Source: Geosiphon pyriformis uo1 (taxonomy: Eukaryota; Fungi; Glomeromycota). From it: 64,000 bases of DNA. The notes under the pieces were generated by a model. The model was not told the origin of the DNA. It searched no databases and saw only the letters and a program-made list of their open reading frames with translations. The DNA is taken from the NCBI GenBank assembly GCA_016748015.1, contig JAAOMT010000219.1:355045-419044 (forward strand), read 5' to 3'. A program made the translations under genes and the position numbers. Of this stretch, positions 49,398-62,417 are shown one piece after another. Positions within the stretch are counted from its first letter, which is position 1, and the number at the start of each line of letters is the position of its first letter.

Positions 49398-51700
49398 CTA
49401 TTTTTTTAAAAAACTCTTTGTCTTCTTAATTTTATGACCATGACTAAAGCAAAGAGTAAAAAAGCTGCACCTGATATCTGTCCTGAAATATCTAATAAAA
49501 TTTCAATCAGAAGAGCTCTTTCTGTTATAGAAGCAACTAGGCAAAATGTTTTAGAAGCCTTTTCCCTACCCAGTAATCGTGATAAGCTGTCTTTGGTAGC
49601 CACTGAAGCAACTTCCTCATCTTTGGCTGGTTTTTCACCAGTCAAAGTTCTCTCAAAGAAACACACTTGGGTCAGTCTCAGTTTTGTCTCCACCCCGACT
49701 AAGAGCCCAAAAGTTTTTAATAATAGACCAGTAAATAAGCTAGTCTTTCCCTCTATAGATTCAACACCTGGTGCTTCTAGCACCACTTCTTTAAAAAAAA
49801 TGGTCAAAAAGACTAAGAGTTCAAAAAAATGGGGGCTGTTGTTTACCTCTGCTATTGTTACACCGAATCCCTTTGTGGTTCCTAATAAGATCTTAAATGA
49901 GATCTCCATAGTATCATCCAGCACGTCATCCAAGATGGACTTAGATCAACCGCTGGCTGTGTTGTCAAATGTGGTGTCTTCTAGCAGATCTTTGCCAGTT
50001 CTGGAAGCAAAACAATCTCCTCCTGTTAGGTCACCTGTTCTTGAGAACTGGGCTGATCAAATAGAAACTGAATCATCTCCTCCTTCTGTTTCTGGTGCTA
50101 CTTCTAGTGGTGTCTGGGAAACTATTACTAATCATTAAAGATTTGCTGAGTGGGTGGCCTCCACTCTGGTGCCTGGAGCTACTTTTAAAATCAAATTGGC
50201 ATATGTTAGGGCTGTTTTTCAGTCAGTACATGGTTTTTTGGGTGTGAAGTCAGTGTTAAGAAACAATGTGAAGCTGTTTTGTATGGAGTTTGCTTCTCAA
50301 GTGTTTTTGGAAGCTGCGTTTTTAGTTGAGCTTACAAGCTCTGTACATTTGGCCACCCTCAAAATTGCCAAGTCTTTGGTAATTTCTGAGTCTGGTTCCT
50401 CTTCTGCTGCTATTGCACTGTATGATGTGCCTTTGGGTGTGTCTGCTGCTAATATTAAGACAGCTTTTGGTGTGTTTGGTAGTGTCACTTGTGTTGTGCT
50501 GAAGCCTGCTAGTGTTTGGCAGTACATGGTGGTTTATTTTGAAAAATTGGATTCTGCTGTGTCTGCTTTAAATCATTGGTCAGTTTTGGTGGACAAGGAT
50601 AGTATTAGAATCCTCCCTCTGGTAAATCAAAATAAAACTATTTTGTCTTATGATAAGTTTAAGGCCAAGTTGGTCAATCTTCCTTCTGGATGCACCACTT
50701 TTAAGATTAGTAATATGATTTCTCAAGTTAGTAGTTGGACATGTTTTATCCTTCATTCTTCTGAGTCTGGTTGTTGTTCCTGGTTTGCTTTGGTTACATT
50801 TAATTCTTAAGCTGATTTGAATTCTGCTATTGTCAAAACTGGTACACCAAGGAAATGCCATATTTGGTGGGAAACCTCTGGTTGTCAGTGGTGTTTCAGA
50901 TGTTAAGAAGTGGGCCATTTGGCTGTTGACTGCAAAGTTTTTCCACCTCCCCCTTCTAAGGCTCTCAAGGTATTCAAACCATATTTTGTTGGTTCTTTGT
51001 CTTATGCTAAGGCATCTGCTCCCCCTGTTATATCTGAATTTCCTCTTTTGGTGGCTTTCATCTTTCCTGTAGTTGTTGTTAATTCTGCTCTTGGGTCCAG
51101 ATTGGACTCTTTAAAAAAGCATGTTTTGGATTTGGCTGCTTTGGTAAAGTCTATTGTTGAGCCTATTAGATCTTTGGTTGCCTTGGTATCTCATCTTTTT
51201 AATAATAATGCTGTTAAGACTGTTTAGGTTGAGAAAGATATTCTTTCTATAAAATATGCTTCTAACAATTTTGCCAATCTTCTGGTTGGTATGTCTAAAG
51301 ATATTGCTTGTCTTAGATCTGAAGTTGACTTTGGTGGCATGGATTATGATAATATACAGACTGCCAAATCTTCTTTATTAAGTGAAGACACTGTTGAACA
51401 TGTTGTTGCTTTGTGGTGAATGTCGGGTGCTAAGGTTAGAAGTAGTGTTGAATCAACTAGATTGTTTCTTAGTGAGTTTATTTTTGATTCTAGGAATCTG
51501 AATGGTGTTATTGAAATAATTTGTGGGTTGGAGTTATTCTCACCTTCTAGTGTTTTAGTGTAGTGTGTTTTTAACTGGTCTGAGTGGCTGGTCACGTGTA
51601 AAAAACACATGATTAGCACCTAATTTAGATTGATTCTTTGATGTATTGTTTTAGGTAGCTTTTGGGCCTTGTTCATTAAACTATAATAAAAAAAAAATAT
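49398..51700 (+). mobile_element. ORF1-only non-autonomous non-LTR retroelement (HAL1-like), copy 1
   Basis: One ~709-codon ORF1-like frame, then a LINE-type 3' tail and poly(A); probable TSD atataaa (49391-97 / 51701-07); no RT. Confidence 0.85.
49434..51563 (+). pseudogene. LINE ORF1-like protein (Ser/Lys-rich N-terminus, RRM-like repeats, CCHC knuckle, coiled coil)
   Basis: ORFs 49434, 50154 and 50910 share one frame to TAG 51561. Knuckle CFRC*EVGHLAVDC. Aligns with ORF1 at 61571-59730. Confidence 0.85.
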
Positions 51701-51749
51701 ATATAAAATTTATTTTATTTTAAATTTTATATATTTTATTAATAAAAAA

Positions 51750-54022
51750 TTATCATATATTGTAACAAATCTTTTTTGTTTTCTTAATTTTATGACCACA
51801 ATCAGAACAAAAGTAAAAAGGCTACAATCATCACATTTTCTATAATAACTAATAAAATTTCAACACAAAAAGATTTTTTTATTATTGAAGCAACTAAACA
51901 TAATATTTTGGTTATATTTTTTTTAGTTATTGATAGTAATAAGCTGTCTTTGGTGACCACTAAAGCATCTTTCTTATTTTTAACTGGTTTTTTATCTGTC
52001 AAAGTTCTTTCAAAGAAACACACTTAAATTAGTTCTAATGTTGTCTCTATCCCTTCTAAGAGCTTAAAAATTTTTAATAACAGACTAGTTAACAAGCTAG
52101 TCTTTCTTATTATAGCTTTTATACCTGGTGCTGTTAATACCATTTCTTTAAACAAAATAGTCAAAAAGACCAAAAATTCAAAAAAGTGGAGGCAGTCACT
52201 TGTTTCTACTATTGTTATACCAAATTTTTTTGCGGTTTTTTCTGAAATCTTAAATGAAATCTTTAATGTTTCATTTGGCATATTATTTAAGATAAACCAA
52301 GATTAACCACTGGCTGTATTACCAAATATAGTGCTTTTTAACAGATTTTTACCAGTTTTAAAAGCAAAGCAATCATCTTTTATTGGGTTACCTGTTCTTG
52401 GAAACTGGACTAATTAAATGAAAACTGAATTATCTTTTTTGGTTTTTGGTGCTGTTATTAATAGTGCTTGAAAAACTATTACTAGTTGTTAAAAATTTAT
52501 TGAATAAGTGGTCTTTACTTTAATATCTGATAATACTTTTAAGATCAAATTGGCTTATGTTAAGACTGTTTTTCAGTTTATACATGGTTTTTTGGATACA
52601 AAGTTTAAAAAACAATATAAAGCTTTTCTGTATGGAGTTTGCTTTTCAAAGTTCTCTGAATGCTGCATTTTTGGTTGAATTTGCAAGTTTTATCTGTTTT
52701 GCTACTCTTAAAATTGTTAAGTTTTTGGTAGTTTTTGAGTCTAATTTTTTTTCTACTGCTATTATGCTGTATAATATGCCTTTGAGTGTATTTGTTGCTA
52801 ATATTAAGTTAGTTTTTGGTGTCTTTGGTAAAGTTTTTTATGTTGTGCTAAAGTCTGTTGGTATTTGGCAATACATAATTGTTTACTTTAATGAATTAAA
52901 TGCTACTATATCTGTTCTTAATTACTGGTTAGTATTGGTGGACAAAAATAGTGTTTAGATTTTTTTTTTTGTGAATCAAAAAGAGACTATTCTGTTTTAT
53001 AACAGGTTTAGAGCCAAGTTGGTCAATTTTTTTTCTAACTATACTGCTTTTGAGATTAGTAATATAATTTTTCAAGTTGGTGGTCAAACTTGTTTTATTC
53101 TTTATTCACCTAATTCTGATTATTGTTTTCAGTTTGCTCTGGTTATATTTGACTTTCAAGTTGATTTGAATTCTACAGTTGTCAAAACTAGTATACTAAA
53201 AAGGTGCTGTATTTGGTAAAAAACTCCTGGTTGTTAGCATTACTTTAGATGCCTAAAATAAGTCATTTGGTTGTAACTTGTACAGTTTTTTTATTTCTTT
53301 TTCTTATAATTCCCAAAATGTTCAAATCACATATTGTAGATAATGTTTTTTATACTAAGATCTCTGCTTATTCTGATTTTTTTGAGTTTTCTTCTTTAAC
53401 AGCTTTTGTTTTTCCTTCTGTGATTGTTAATAATTTTCTGTTTTTTTTTTTGGCTGGTGTCTCTAAAATCTGATTTGGTTAAGTTGTCAGTTTTAATTAA
53501 ATTAATTATTAAACTTATTGGTATCTTAGTTACTGTGTTTAAACATTTTATTAAGAATAATCTTATTTTAAGCAGTATTTTTAGTTTAAAAGTCAATAAA
53601 CTTATAGTTTATCTGAATTTTTTTAGCAAAATTATTGGTAAGTTGGAAAGTAAAGTGGTTTCTTTAAAAAAAAAGTGCTATATAGACAATATAATTATGT
53701 TTGTTAATTTAAAGTGTTTAATTAATATAAATGATAATATGTTTTCTAATTTGATGTCTCTTTGAACATATAAGCCTAAAACTGACTCTTTAAAGACAGC
53801 TGAATGGCTGATTAAATTGGTCTTTTATAGTATTACTCTATTTGATATTATTCAAAAAATGTCATCTTTGGATAAGTTTTCTTCTGTTGCATTAACTTAG
53901 TATAGCCTAAACTGATTTAAGTAGCTGGTTACATATAGAAAGCATATAAACTACATTTAGTTTAGAATACTTAGTTGTTCTAAAATACTAAGTAGTAATT
54001 GGATCATACTTATTAAATAAAA
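51750..54022 (+). mobile_element. ORF1-only element, copy 2 (older, different subfamily)
   Basis: Colinear with copy 1 over the first ~1.6 kb, divergent C-terminus, same 3' tail (aagtagctggttacata). Probable TSD aataaaaaa (51741-49 / 54023-31). Confidence 0.8.
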
Positions 54023-54773
54023 AATAAAAAACTATTAAACTAATTAGTTTTAAATTAAATAAAATTTTATAATTAAAATAGTTTATAAAAAGTTTAATTT
54101 TATTAAAACTTAATTTTTTTGGAAAAAATGATATTATAATTAAAAACCATAGTTTTTATTAATTATTATATATATTAGTTATTGATATTATATAATTAAT
54201 TACTTTATTTTTAGATAATAACTTAATTAATTAATTTAATTATTAATTATTTTAAATAACTATATAAACAATGAATTTTTTAATTGTAGAAAAACATATA
54301 AGAAATTAAAGAAATAAAAATTACTTTTAAATATTTAATTTTTTTATATTATTTATTTTTTTCTTTTAATTTTTTTAAATATTTAAATATTTATAAATAA
54401 AAAATTATTTATTGGTATTTTTATATCTTATTTTTTTTAATTTGTATAACTATTAATCTTGAATATTATTAAATAATTATTTGCTAAAAAATACAATTAA
54501 TATTTAATATTAAATTTTAAGAATATTAATATAAAACATAAAATTATATTAATATATTATTTTTTGTTAATAATATAACTATTTTTCTATCTTTAGATTT
54601 TTTTGTTACTTTCCAAAAAAACAATAACTAAAATATATATAAAACTAATTTTACACATTAAATTTTTATTAATTTATTTTATTTTTTAAAATTAATTATT
54701 CTTTAATTAATTTTATTATTATACAATTTTGTTTTTTTTGCTATTTGTTAACTTTTTACTTCAATTTGTAATA

Positions 54774-54918
54774 ATATTATGATGTTTGCTATTATTATAT
54801 TATAGTGTTTATTGCTATTATAAAATAATATTTATTATTAATATTATTTTGTAATTGTTATTATGTAAATTATTATTATTATAAAATTATTATTGTATTA
54901 TATTATGATTAAATAATT
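54774..54918 (-). repeat. Eroded family-B-like LTR fragment (continues 61721-61761 beyond the LINE)
   Basis: Joined flanks attatgattaaataatt|tatactatttatgatttttattaaatttttgaattataata match the reverse complement of the B LTR start after G/C->A/T changes. Confidence 0.65.
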
Positions 54919-55041
54919 TTTTATTACATTTTATGAGGTCCAAACACTACCTAGGGTTATATACCAAAGAAATGATATAAACTAAGTGTAAATCATGTTT
55001 TTCCTACACGTGACCAGCCACTTGGGCCAATCAGGACAACA

Positions 55042-58000
55042 CTATACAGTTATATGTACCGAAACAGAATCATCGACACCAGAAAAGAAAGAACATTGTT
55101 TATGAAAGCCAAAACAAACACCAAGAGTCTCAGCCATACCAAGTAGCCTAACAATGCCAGCCGAAAACCTAGAAGCCGAGCCAGGGACTGAGATAGGAAC
55201 CAAACCATCAAGTGGGATGAGATTATTTTTTTCCATAAATGCACAATGCTTAACCCTAACCAACCAAATATCATTCCTAAAAGCAAAACTAAGGGAACGC
55301 ACAAACTCAACAATTTTCGAACTAGCAGCCTTGTGACATTTGAAAACAGAGATAGCTTCACAAAGCCACTCAATAAAAACAAACTCTTTAGAGAGAGCCG
55401 TAAATACAGAAACATCAGAGGCACAAGAAAACAGCAATTGCAGCATGCAGGAAGAAAAGAGAGACAGGCCAGAAAGCACTATTCAAGATTTTGAACATGT
55501 ATCCAGTATCTGGAGACGTGCAGAGACATCAGCCTTGTAAGAAAAAACATAATCTGATGTCTCCACCTCACTACAATATAAGCACAATATGCTGGGGTAT
55601 CTTCTGTCATACAAGCGTTTACGAACAGCAACAGACAGCCAGTGGTGCAATGCCTTCATAAGAAAACTGCATGCATCTGCTGTGGGCTTGCTGGTGTGGC
55701 CAGCAGCCATGTGTGAATCAGGATGCCATACCAGTAAAGAGCAGAACCAATTTATGTCCGCGAACAAACTGGCAGACAGAAATTTAGAACCAGAACCAAT
55801 CTCTCAGTGCACATGACTAACAGAACAAAAAATATTGTGAACAAAATGCCTAGAATTGCCAGAAACAGCCCCACCGTCTGCCAGCAAAAAGCGCACATGC
55901 AATTGGGAAGGAAGAAACCAGCCTGAGTGAGAAGAAGCCCCAGCTATAGCATCAGTATGTTCATTTCCAATCACACCAAAGTAATCTTTCACTTTGTGCC
56001 ATTCAACTATCAAATTTTTGCCATGAATAATGTTTACAATATGCTGGTGTTTGACCCAACAACAATTGTAAAAATTCAGACGCACCATACCCAATTCCGA
56101 CTTGCAGGCATTCAAAGCAGCTTGACTGTCAAAGAACAGATGAACACAACTAGAACAGAGGACACACTCCAGTGCCAGCGCAATAGCCTGCATTTCCACC
56201 AACATAAAAGACAGCAGACCCAAAACTCCAACGCCCAAACCCAGATCAATGTCACTGAAAAAAACACCAGCCCCAGCCATGCAATTCTTGGTACCTAGGT
56301 TTGTCAGAGACCCATCTGTATAAACAGAAATGCTACTAGGAAGAACTTGGGAAAGCTGATTACAAACCAACACAAAGCCAGGAGAGGCAAGAATACTCTA
56401 AAGACTCACACCAGCCAAAGCAGGAGAAGGGGCACGAGGAGAAGACGTATCAGACAGGAACTCAACAGAAAGCGTGAACCACTCAGGGGTTGGGCCACGG
56501 GGGTCCAACCTCTTCCACCACTTGAATTTGTACCAGTCAAACACGACTCCATGATGGTTATGAAGTTGGTCAACAAAGGCGATGCCATACCGTCAGAGTG
56601 AGGGAAAGAACTTGACAAATTTAGACTCACTGAGAACAGTAGACATGGGTACCCCACCACAAAGCCGAAATGGACTACCAAAAGACCCACTCAAAGATAA
56701 GTTGCAATCGAGAAGAACACAAACAGCACCCACTAAGAAGTTATTCAAAGGGCTGACTCATACACAAACAGAAACACTCAAAGAATAAATAGGGTGCCAG
56801 CTCGAAACCTGTAAGTCATGAGACCTGTAGGAGAACAGACAACCCAGGATTTCCACTGAGTTTGCAAAACAAATAAGGGAAGCAACCTTACTTTTTGATT
56901 GAATCTGGGCAAAAAATTTCAACCTATAGAATGAAGGATGATGGATCATGTCACTGGGAAAATCAAGAGGCAATCCAGACTTGGATTTCAAGCCCCTATG
57001 AATCAAAGCATCTCACTTATTACACACACTGACAGGAACAAAACTAAACTGAGTTCTATAACTGATGATGGGGTGGAGAACAGCTAACACTAAATAAAGA
57101 AATTGTTTGTCTGATACGGCTTTTCTTAAAACCAAGTTGACAAAAAAACGAACATCTGAATAGGCTTTTGCCAGGCTGGGCTTCGACAGTCCCTCAGAAA
57201 ACACGAAGATACCCAGATAACGATGAGATTTGCCTGGCTTAGCTATAGAAATAGGGGATCCACTGATGAAAAGAGAAGGTGCACTAACACGGCTATTAAT
57301 TGGAATGACCACTGTCTTATCATTATTAATTAAAATATCATTGATGCAGAAGAACTCACTAGCCACATCAAGAATGTGTTGAGTGGCAGTCTGACTGCTA
57401 CCCACCCAGATCATATCATCCACAAAAGCGTCTACAGCGAAGAAAGACGACAAACCAGCCTAAGACTCCACATGGCCCATCTTAGCAATGAAATGAGAAT
57501 TTAACCTGTAACTACACACACTCTCCTGCCTCTTAACTTCACACAAGAGAGGATCATAAAATATACACCAAAGAAGAGGCAAAAACACCTCCTCTTGGTC
57601 CAAGCCATTGTGTACATGATAACCATTTGTCAACCCAAAATCAGTCATAACCCAGTTTGTACGACCACCATAAATATTCTCAATGATCTTAATAAACTGG
57701 CAGCACATTTTTATCCTAACCAAACTTTTCTTAAGATGGTCCCAACCGACCGAGTCATACGCTTTCTGCATGTCTTGTAAAACCAGCCAGAGCTCCCAGT
57801 TTTTTTCAAGAGCGTCCTCGATCACCGAACCAATCGCAAAAATGGGAGACTGAGTTGTAGTGTCTTTGAAAATAGAAAAATTGTCCCCATGAAGAACGTC
57901 AAACTTGCTACATGCCAAAGAAATTCTATTAGAGAGAATCTTGGAAAGAATTTTTCAAGCCATCTCAATCAGAGCAATAGAACGAGTGTTTGTGAACACG

Positions 58001-59730
58001 CCCTCCCATTTATAAGGTTTAGGAATCATCAACACCCAGGCTTTCTTCCAAGCACCAGGCACAGACTCACTACGAAGACAAGAATTAATAAGCACCAAGA
58101 GCATATCGAGAACAAATTTATTACAGTGCTTCCAAAGTTCATTGGAGATGTCTGAAAGATCAGCAGCCTTCCCATCAGGTAGGACAGAGACCACGCCAGA
58201 CATCTCATCAAAACTAACACAGCTCATCACATCTAAAAAAGCACCATCAAACATGTAATCCAAAGACCGATATTGGTTAGACCAATTCCCAGGAACATTA
58301 AGGGCCACACCATATTTACAAGTCCATCTCTCCATAATCTCATCCACTTTCTTTTTAACATGATCAGGTTCCAAATACAGCTCATCACCAACTACCAAAT
58401 GATCCAAAACCACCTTGTGAAAAGGCCTCTCCAAGATGCTTCTAATAGTGTGATCTTTGTTAGATTCAAAGATCTCCGTCCTTTTATCAACAGCAGATCT
58501 AATCTGCGACTCTTCAGCACATTTTGATTCCAATAACTTTGAGGCATGATAAGACTTCTTGGCTTTAGACAGAGCTAAACGAATGTTGTCAAAAGAAGAC
58601 TTTGAGAGAAAAAGAGACCTTACCACAGCAGCACCAGCAGAATCAAGCGCTTCCCAAGTATCAAGCAGCGATACAAACACATCACAATTAACAGAACGGA
58701 AAGCTTTGACCAACTTGGACATTAAAAGTTTTAGCTTATGGAACCTGGACGAATGCTTAGTGAAAACGCCGTCATAACCTTTAAACCTTTTTTTCCTGAA
58801 AACTTCACTCGCTGAGAAACAGACAGTTTTTTGAACAGCATCTCACATCGCATCCAAATCCAACAGATCTCTGGCAGCCAAGAAATCATCAGAGAACATG
58901 GCAGCATTCACTGCTGTGGCCTCCCTGAATCTCAACCACAAGGCAACACTAGCATCCTTAAAATCGTACTTCCAACAATCCCTATTGGTCTGCTTGCGAA
59001 CAGAACACAAATGCATATCCAAGAGACCACCTAAACCAATCGATGCAGAAATGGCTTGATGGTCAGTATCAAAGAAGTCGGACACATCCAGAATATCACG
59101 ATCCACAATAGCATTGACCAAATTGGGAGATACAAAAAGATAATCAATTGTCTTCGTCACATCCCGGGAATCACTCCAAGTTGGAACTTTCACAAACGGA
59201 CTGCAGACAAGAGAGTTGACCAGACCCAAGCTACCACACTTCCTGAAACTGGCACTTCTACGCAAACCATTCTCATTGAAGTCACCACCTAAGACCACAA
59301 AGAATGATTTATTCACAGCACTAGCAATCATAGCATTCACGTCATCAGCCTGAAAGAAGCGCACTAAAGCCGACGCACCAGCATACAGACCCAAAAAAGA
59401 AACCAAGAGTTTATTTCTAAAAAGCAATTTGACAGAAATAAGGCAACCAGGGACCTCAGAAACTTTGCACATATGCCTGGCCAGAGAATTGTTCATAATG
59501 ATTGCCACACCAGAACCAAGATGACCAGAATTCAAACCGAAAATGAAGACCCGAACACCATCGAACTTGCTAGCAATCCAAGGCCGTACCTTATCTTTTA
59601 ACTTTGTCTTAGTGACAATTGAAACTAAATTGTTCATATCTCTGTGCCAACGTATAATGTCCTCTTGCTTAGCTGAATTGTTCATTCCCCTGACATTACA
59701 TGTGGCTATTTTCCATACTAAATCATTCAT
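55042..59730 (-). pseudogene. LINE ORF2: APE endonuclease, RT, RNase H, C-terminal Cys motif
   Basis: KIATCNVRG, GGDFNE, IDYLF, TDH; QDMQKAYDSV, AFVDD; VYTDGS, GNEHTDAIA; CLYCSEVE. Broken by stops. Confidence 0.93.
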
Positions 59731-61571
59731 CAGGTTGTAAAAGAGACCGCAGAACCCAAGCCAGCACATATCTGATCTAACTTCTCCAATACCAAACTAA
59801 CTGAAGCTTCGAGAGCCACCAACTTTGATTCCAAGCAACCCACTTTCGAAGTCAGAACTTTCGAACTACTCAAACCCAAACTTGAGGTATCATAGGAAAC
59901 CGAAGAAAAAAAAATAACCACAGAATCAGGTTCATCCAAAACCATATCCGAACCAAGTTTCATATTAACCAAACCAGGAGCAGCCAAGGGCTGAGAAGAG
60001 GAATCGAAAGCCGAAAGCACCAAGCTTAAACTGTCAAGTTTGTCAATAATACCGGACACTTTATCCATGAGAAGTTTCAAAAAGCGCTCCAAAGAAGCAA
60101 GATGAGTTTCCAAAATCGAACCAACAGGATCCACGAGAGATGAGTTACCAACCAAACCTGAGGCGCCAGGAGAAGAGACAAAATCAGGACCAGAACCAAA
60201 GTAAGGACCATTAGATGAAGATGCTAGAGAGACAACCTGGGCCCATGATTTGCTGCCGAATGCAGCCAGTCTAGAAATAAGCACACTCTTTTTTGCATAT
60301 AGCTTGGCCAACTGGAGGCAGGTTTCATCAGAGACAACTTTTTTAAATGATTTGGAAAGTTTAGGAGAATGTGAGACCTCAGCATCACACTCCAGAACTG
60401 AATGACCAAGTTTCCCACACCAGTTACACTGAACCAGATCCAATCTAGTCCAAGAAAGTTTCATCCCACCAAAAATAGGCTCCATATGAAATGCAGACTC
60501 CAAATCCTCATCATTCTCAAAACAAATTACAGCACAATGAATCCTATTGCCAGTGACTAAAGAACAATTAATGACACAAGTTTTTCCACCAGTCCCCACC
60601 AAAAGATTGCCAAGATCATGAGCCGTTGTTCCCACTAGCAAAATAAACAAAAGTGCTCTATACCAATCTCTAGACACTCATGTCTCATGATTCTGCACAG
60701 CCTTGGCCATGTGCACTAAATTCTTCCCAATTAAGAATAACTACTTAGCTGCCAACTGATTTGCCTGACTTGATTCGGCAAACTCCACTATAGCCTTTTG
60801 CCACAGCCCAATAAGTTGCAATCGGATCGACACCACTTGACCAAATTCAGACACTGCGGCAATGATCATTTCTTTTGGCATATCCATGAGAATTTCTTTG
60901 ATTACTACAGCCCGATCTGAGCGTATTCCCTGTCTCTTGAGATTGCTGTTTACAATGATGTTATTTTCCTTGGCCAATGACGCGGCTTTTTCCATGCTTT
61001 CCAATGAAGTAAATGTTGATTGGATGATCCCTTCAAATTTTGAGAGGGTAGTGGCCCCCCCAAAACCATTGATTCCTGAAAATAATTTCCTCACAACCTG
61101 AGTTTTAGCTGTTGCCAATTTCCCTTTCACAGCCGAAAGATTGATGTCCAAAGCAAAAAATTTCTTCACAGCCACTTCCACCTGAGTTTTAACAATTTTG
61201 GGGTCCATCCACACCTTTTCCAAAGAGAAAGACAACTGGGGAGGAAGAGAAACTTCCTCTTCATCATCATCCATATCATAATTGATAGAGCCGAGAGGGG
61301 AACCAATAGCCACACCAGTATTGAAACGCTTCACATTGGGCATATTCATTTGGGAGTCAGAGGTGGCTTTACCATCAAAGGCTTCTCGATCCATATCCAT
61401 GCTAGTAAGTTGCCCGTCTACACTAACAGATTCACCAACTTTGAGATTCTTATCTGTATCTGAAAGTTTAACACTATTGAAAGGCTTTTTGACTTTTTGA
61501 GTTAAACCACCACCAACTAAACTAGTGGTCGAGACTTTGGCAGACCTTCTCTTAGCACTAGGACCACTCAT
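59730..61571 (-). pseudogene. LINE ORF1 (RRM-like repeats, CNWCGKLGHSVLEC knuckle, coiled coil)
   Basis: ORFs 60741-61571 and 59730-60677 are in one frame, separated by nonsense codons. Confidence 0.9.
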
Positions 61572-62417
61572 AGTGGCAGCTGGACTAACAACAAAAGGGT
61601 TTGATTCTTGTGAAATAATAGAAGACAGTATGCAAAAACAGAAAAAACTTCTTTCAAAATTTGACTCTTTTTTAGAAATTTGGGACGAAGAAGAGAAAGA
61701 AGTTTTTTTTTTAAATAATTTATACTATTTATGATTTTTATTAAATTTTTGAATTATAATAATATACAAAATAAATTATAAAATTTAAGAACAGCTTTAA
61801 TTTTGTAACAGATATTTATTAGTATAGTTATTGTTTTAAGTTTATTATGTATTTGTTTTGACTGGTTTTTGAAATAAAATTTGTTGTTTTAAGTTTCAGT
61901 TATTTTTATAAAATGTTTTTTTAATATAAAAATATTTATTGTTCTATTTATTAAAACATCATTGAAATTTTTGTAAATTATAGTATTTAGAAAATATTAA
62001 TAAAAAAACAATATTTTTTTTAAAGCTTATTTTAAAAGTTTTAATAAATAAACTTTAAAATAGTTTTTTGTGTTTTTTCTATAAAAATAATAATTTTATA
62101 AATTTATTATTAAATTATAGTTTTTTTTTATTAAATATTTAACAATAACAGATAATTTAATTAATTTAGTATTTTTAAGCACTAATAAAGCTTTAATAAA
62201 TTAATTATTAAAAACTATACTTTTATCCAAAACAGTATATTCTGTATTTACTAATACATTAAAAGCTATAAATTATATTATTAAAAAAAATGAAGCCAAA
62301 ATACTTACTTATAAAGTCTAAAACTCTAAAATATTTTTTAATATTTTCAAATAAATATTAATATTAAATATACATTATTATTCAATAAAAATTAACAAAA
62401 ATCAAAAATAATAATAT

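Larger units (their letters stand above)
49050..54773 (+). mobile_element. Eroded family-A 3' end (ORF3 relic split by two insertions; LTR 54132-54773)
   Basis: 49050-49397, 51701-51749 and 54023-54131 join into ORF3; PPT ggaaaaaatga precedes the LTR. Confidence 0.7.
54919..61710 (-). mobile_element. Full-length LINE (L1-like, RNase H-containing; clade not firmly assigned)
   Basis: ORF1 plus ORF2, 3' tail with poly(A), TSD ttaaataatt (54909-18 / 61711-20). Confidence 0.95.

Noticed and set aside
61762-62417. Unassigned AT-rich tracts (also ~27030-27355, 28080-28465, 48060-49050)
   Set aside because: Probably terminally eroded TE relics; I could not assign them with confidence.
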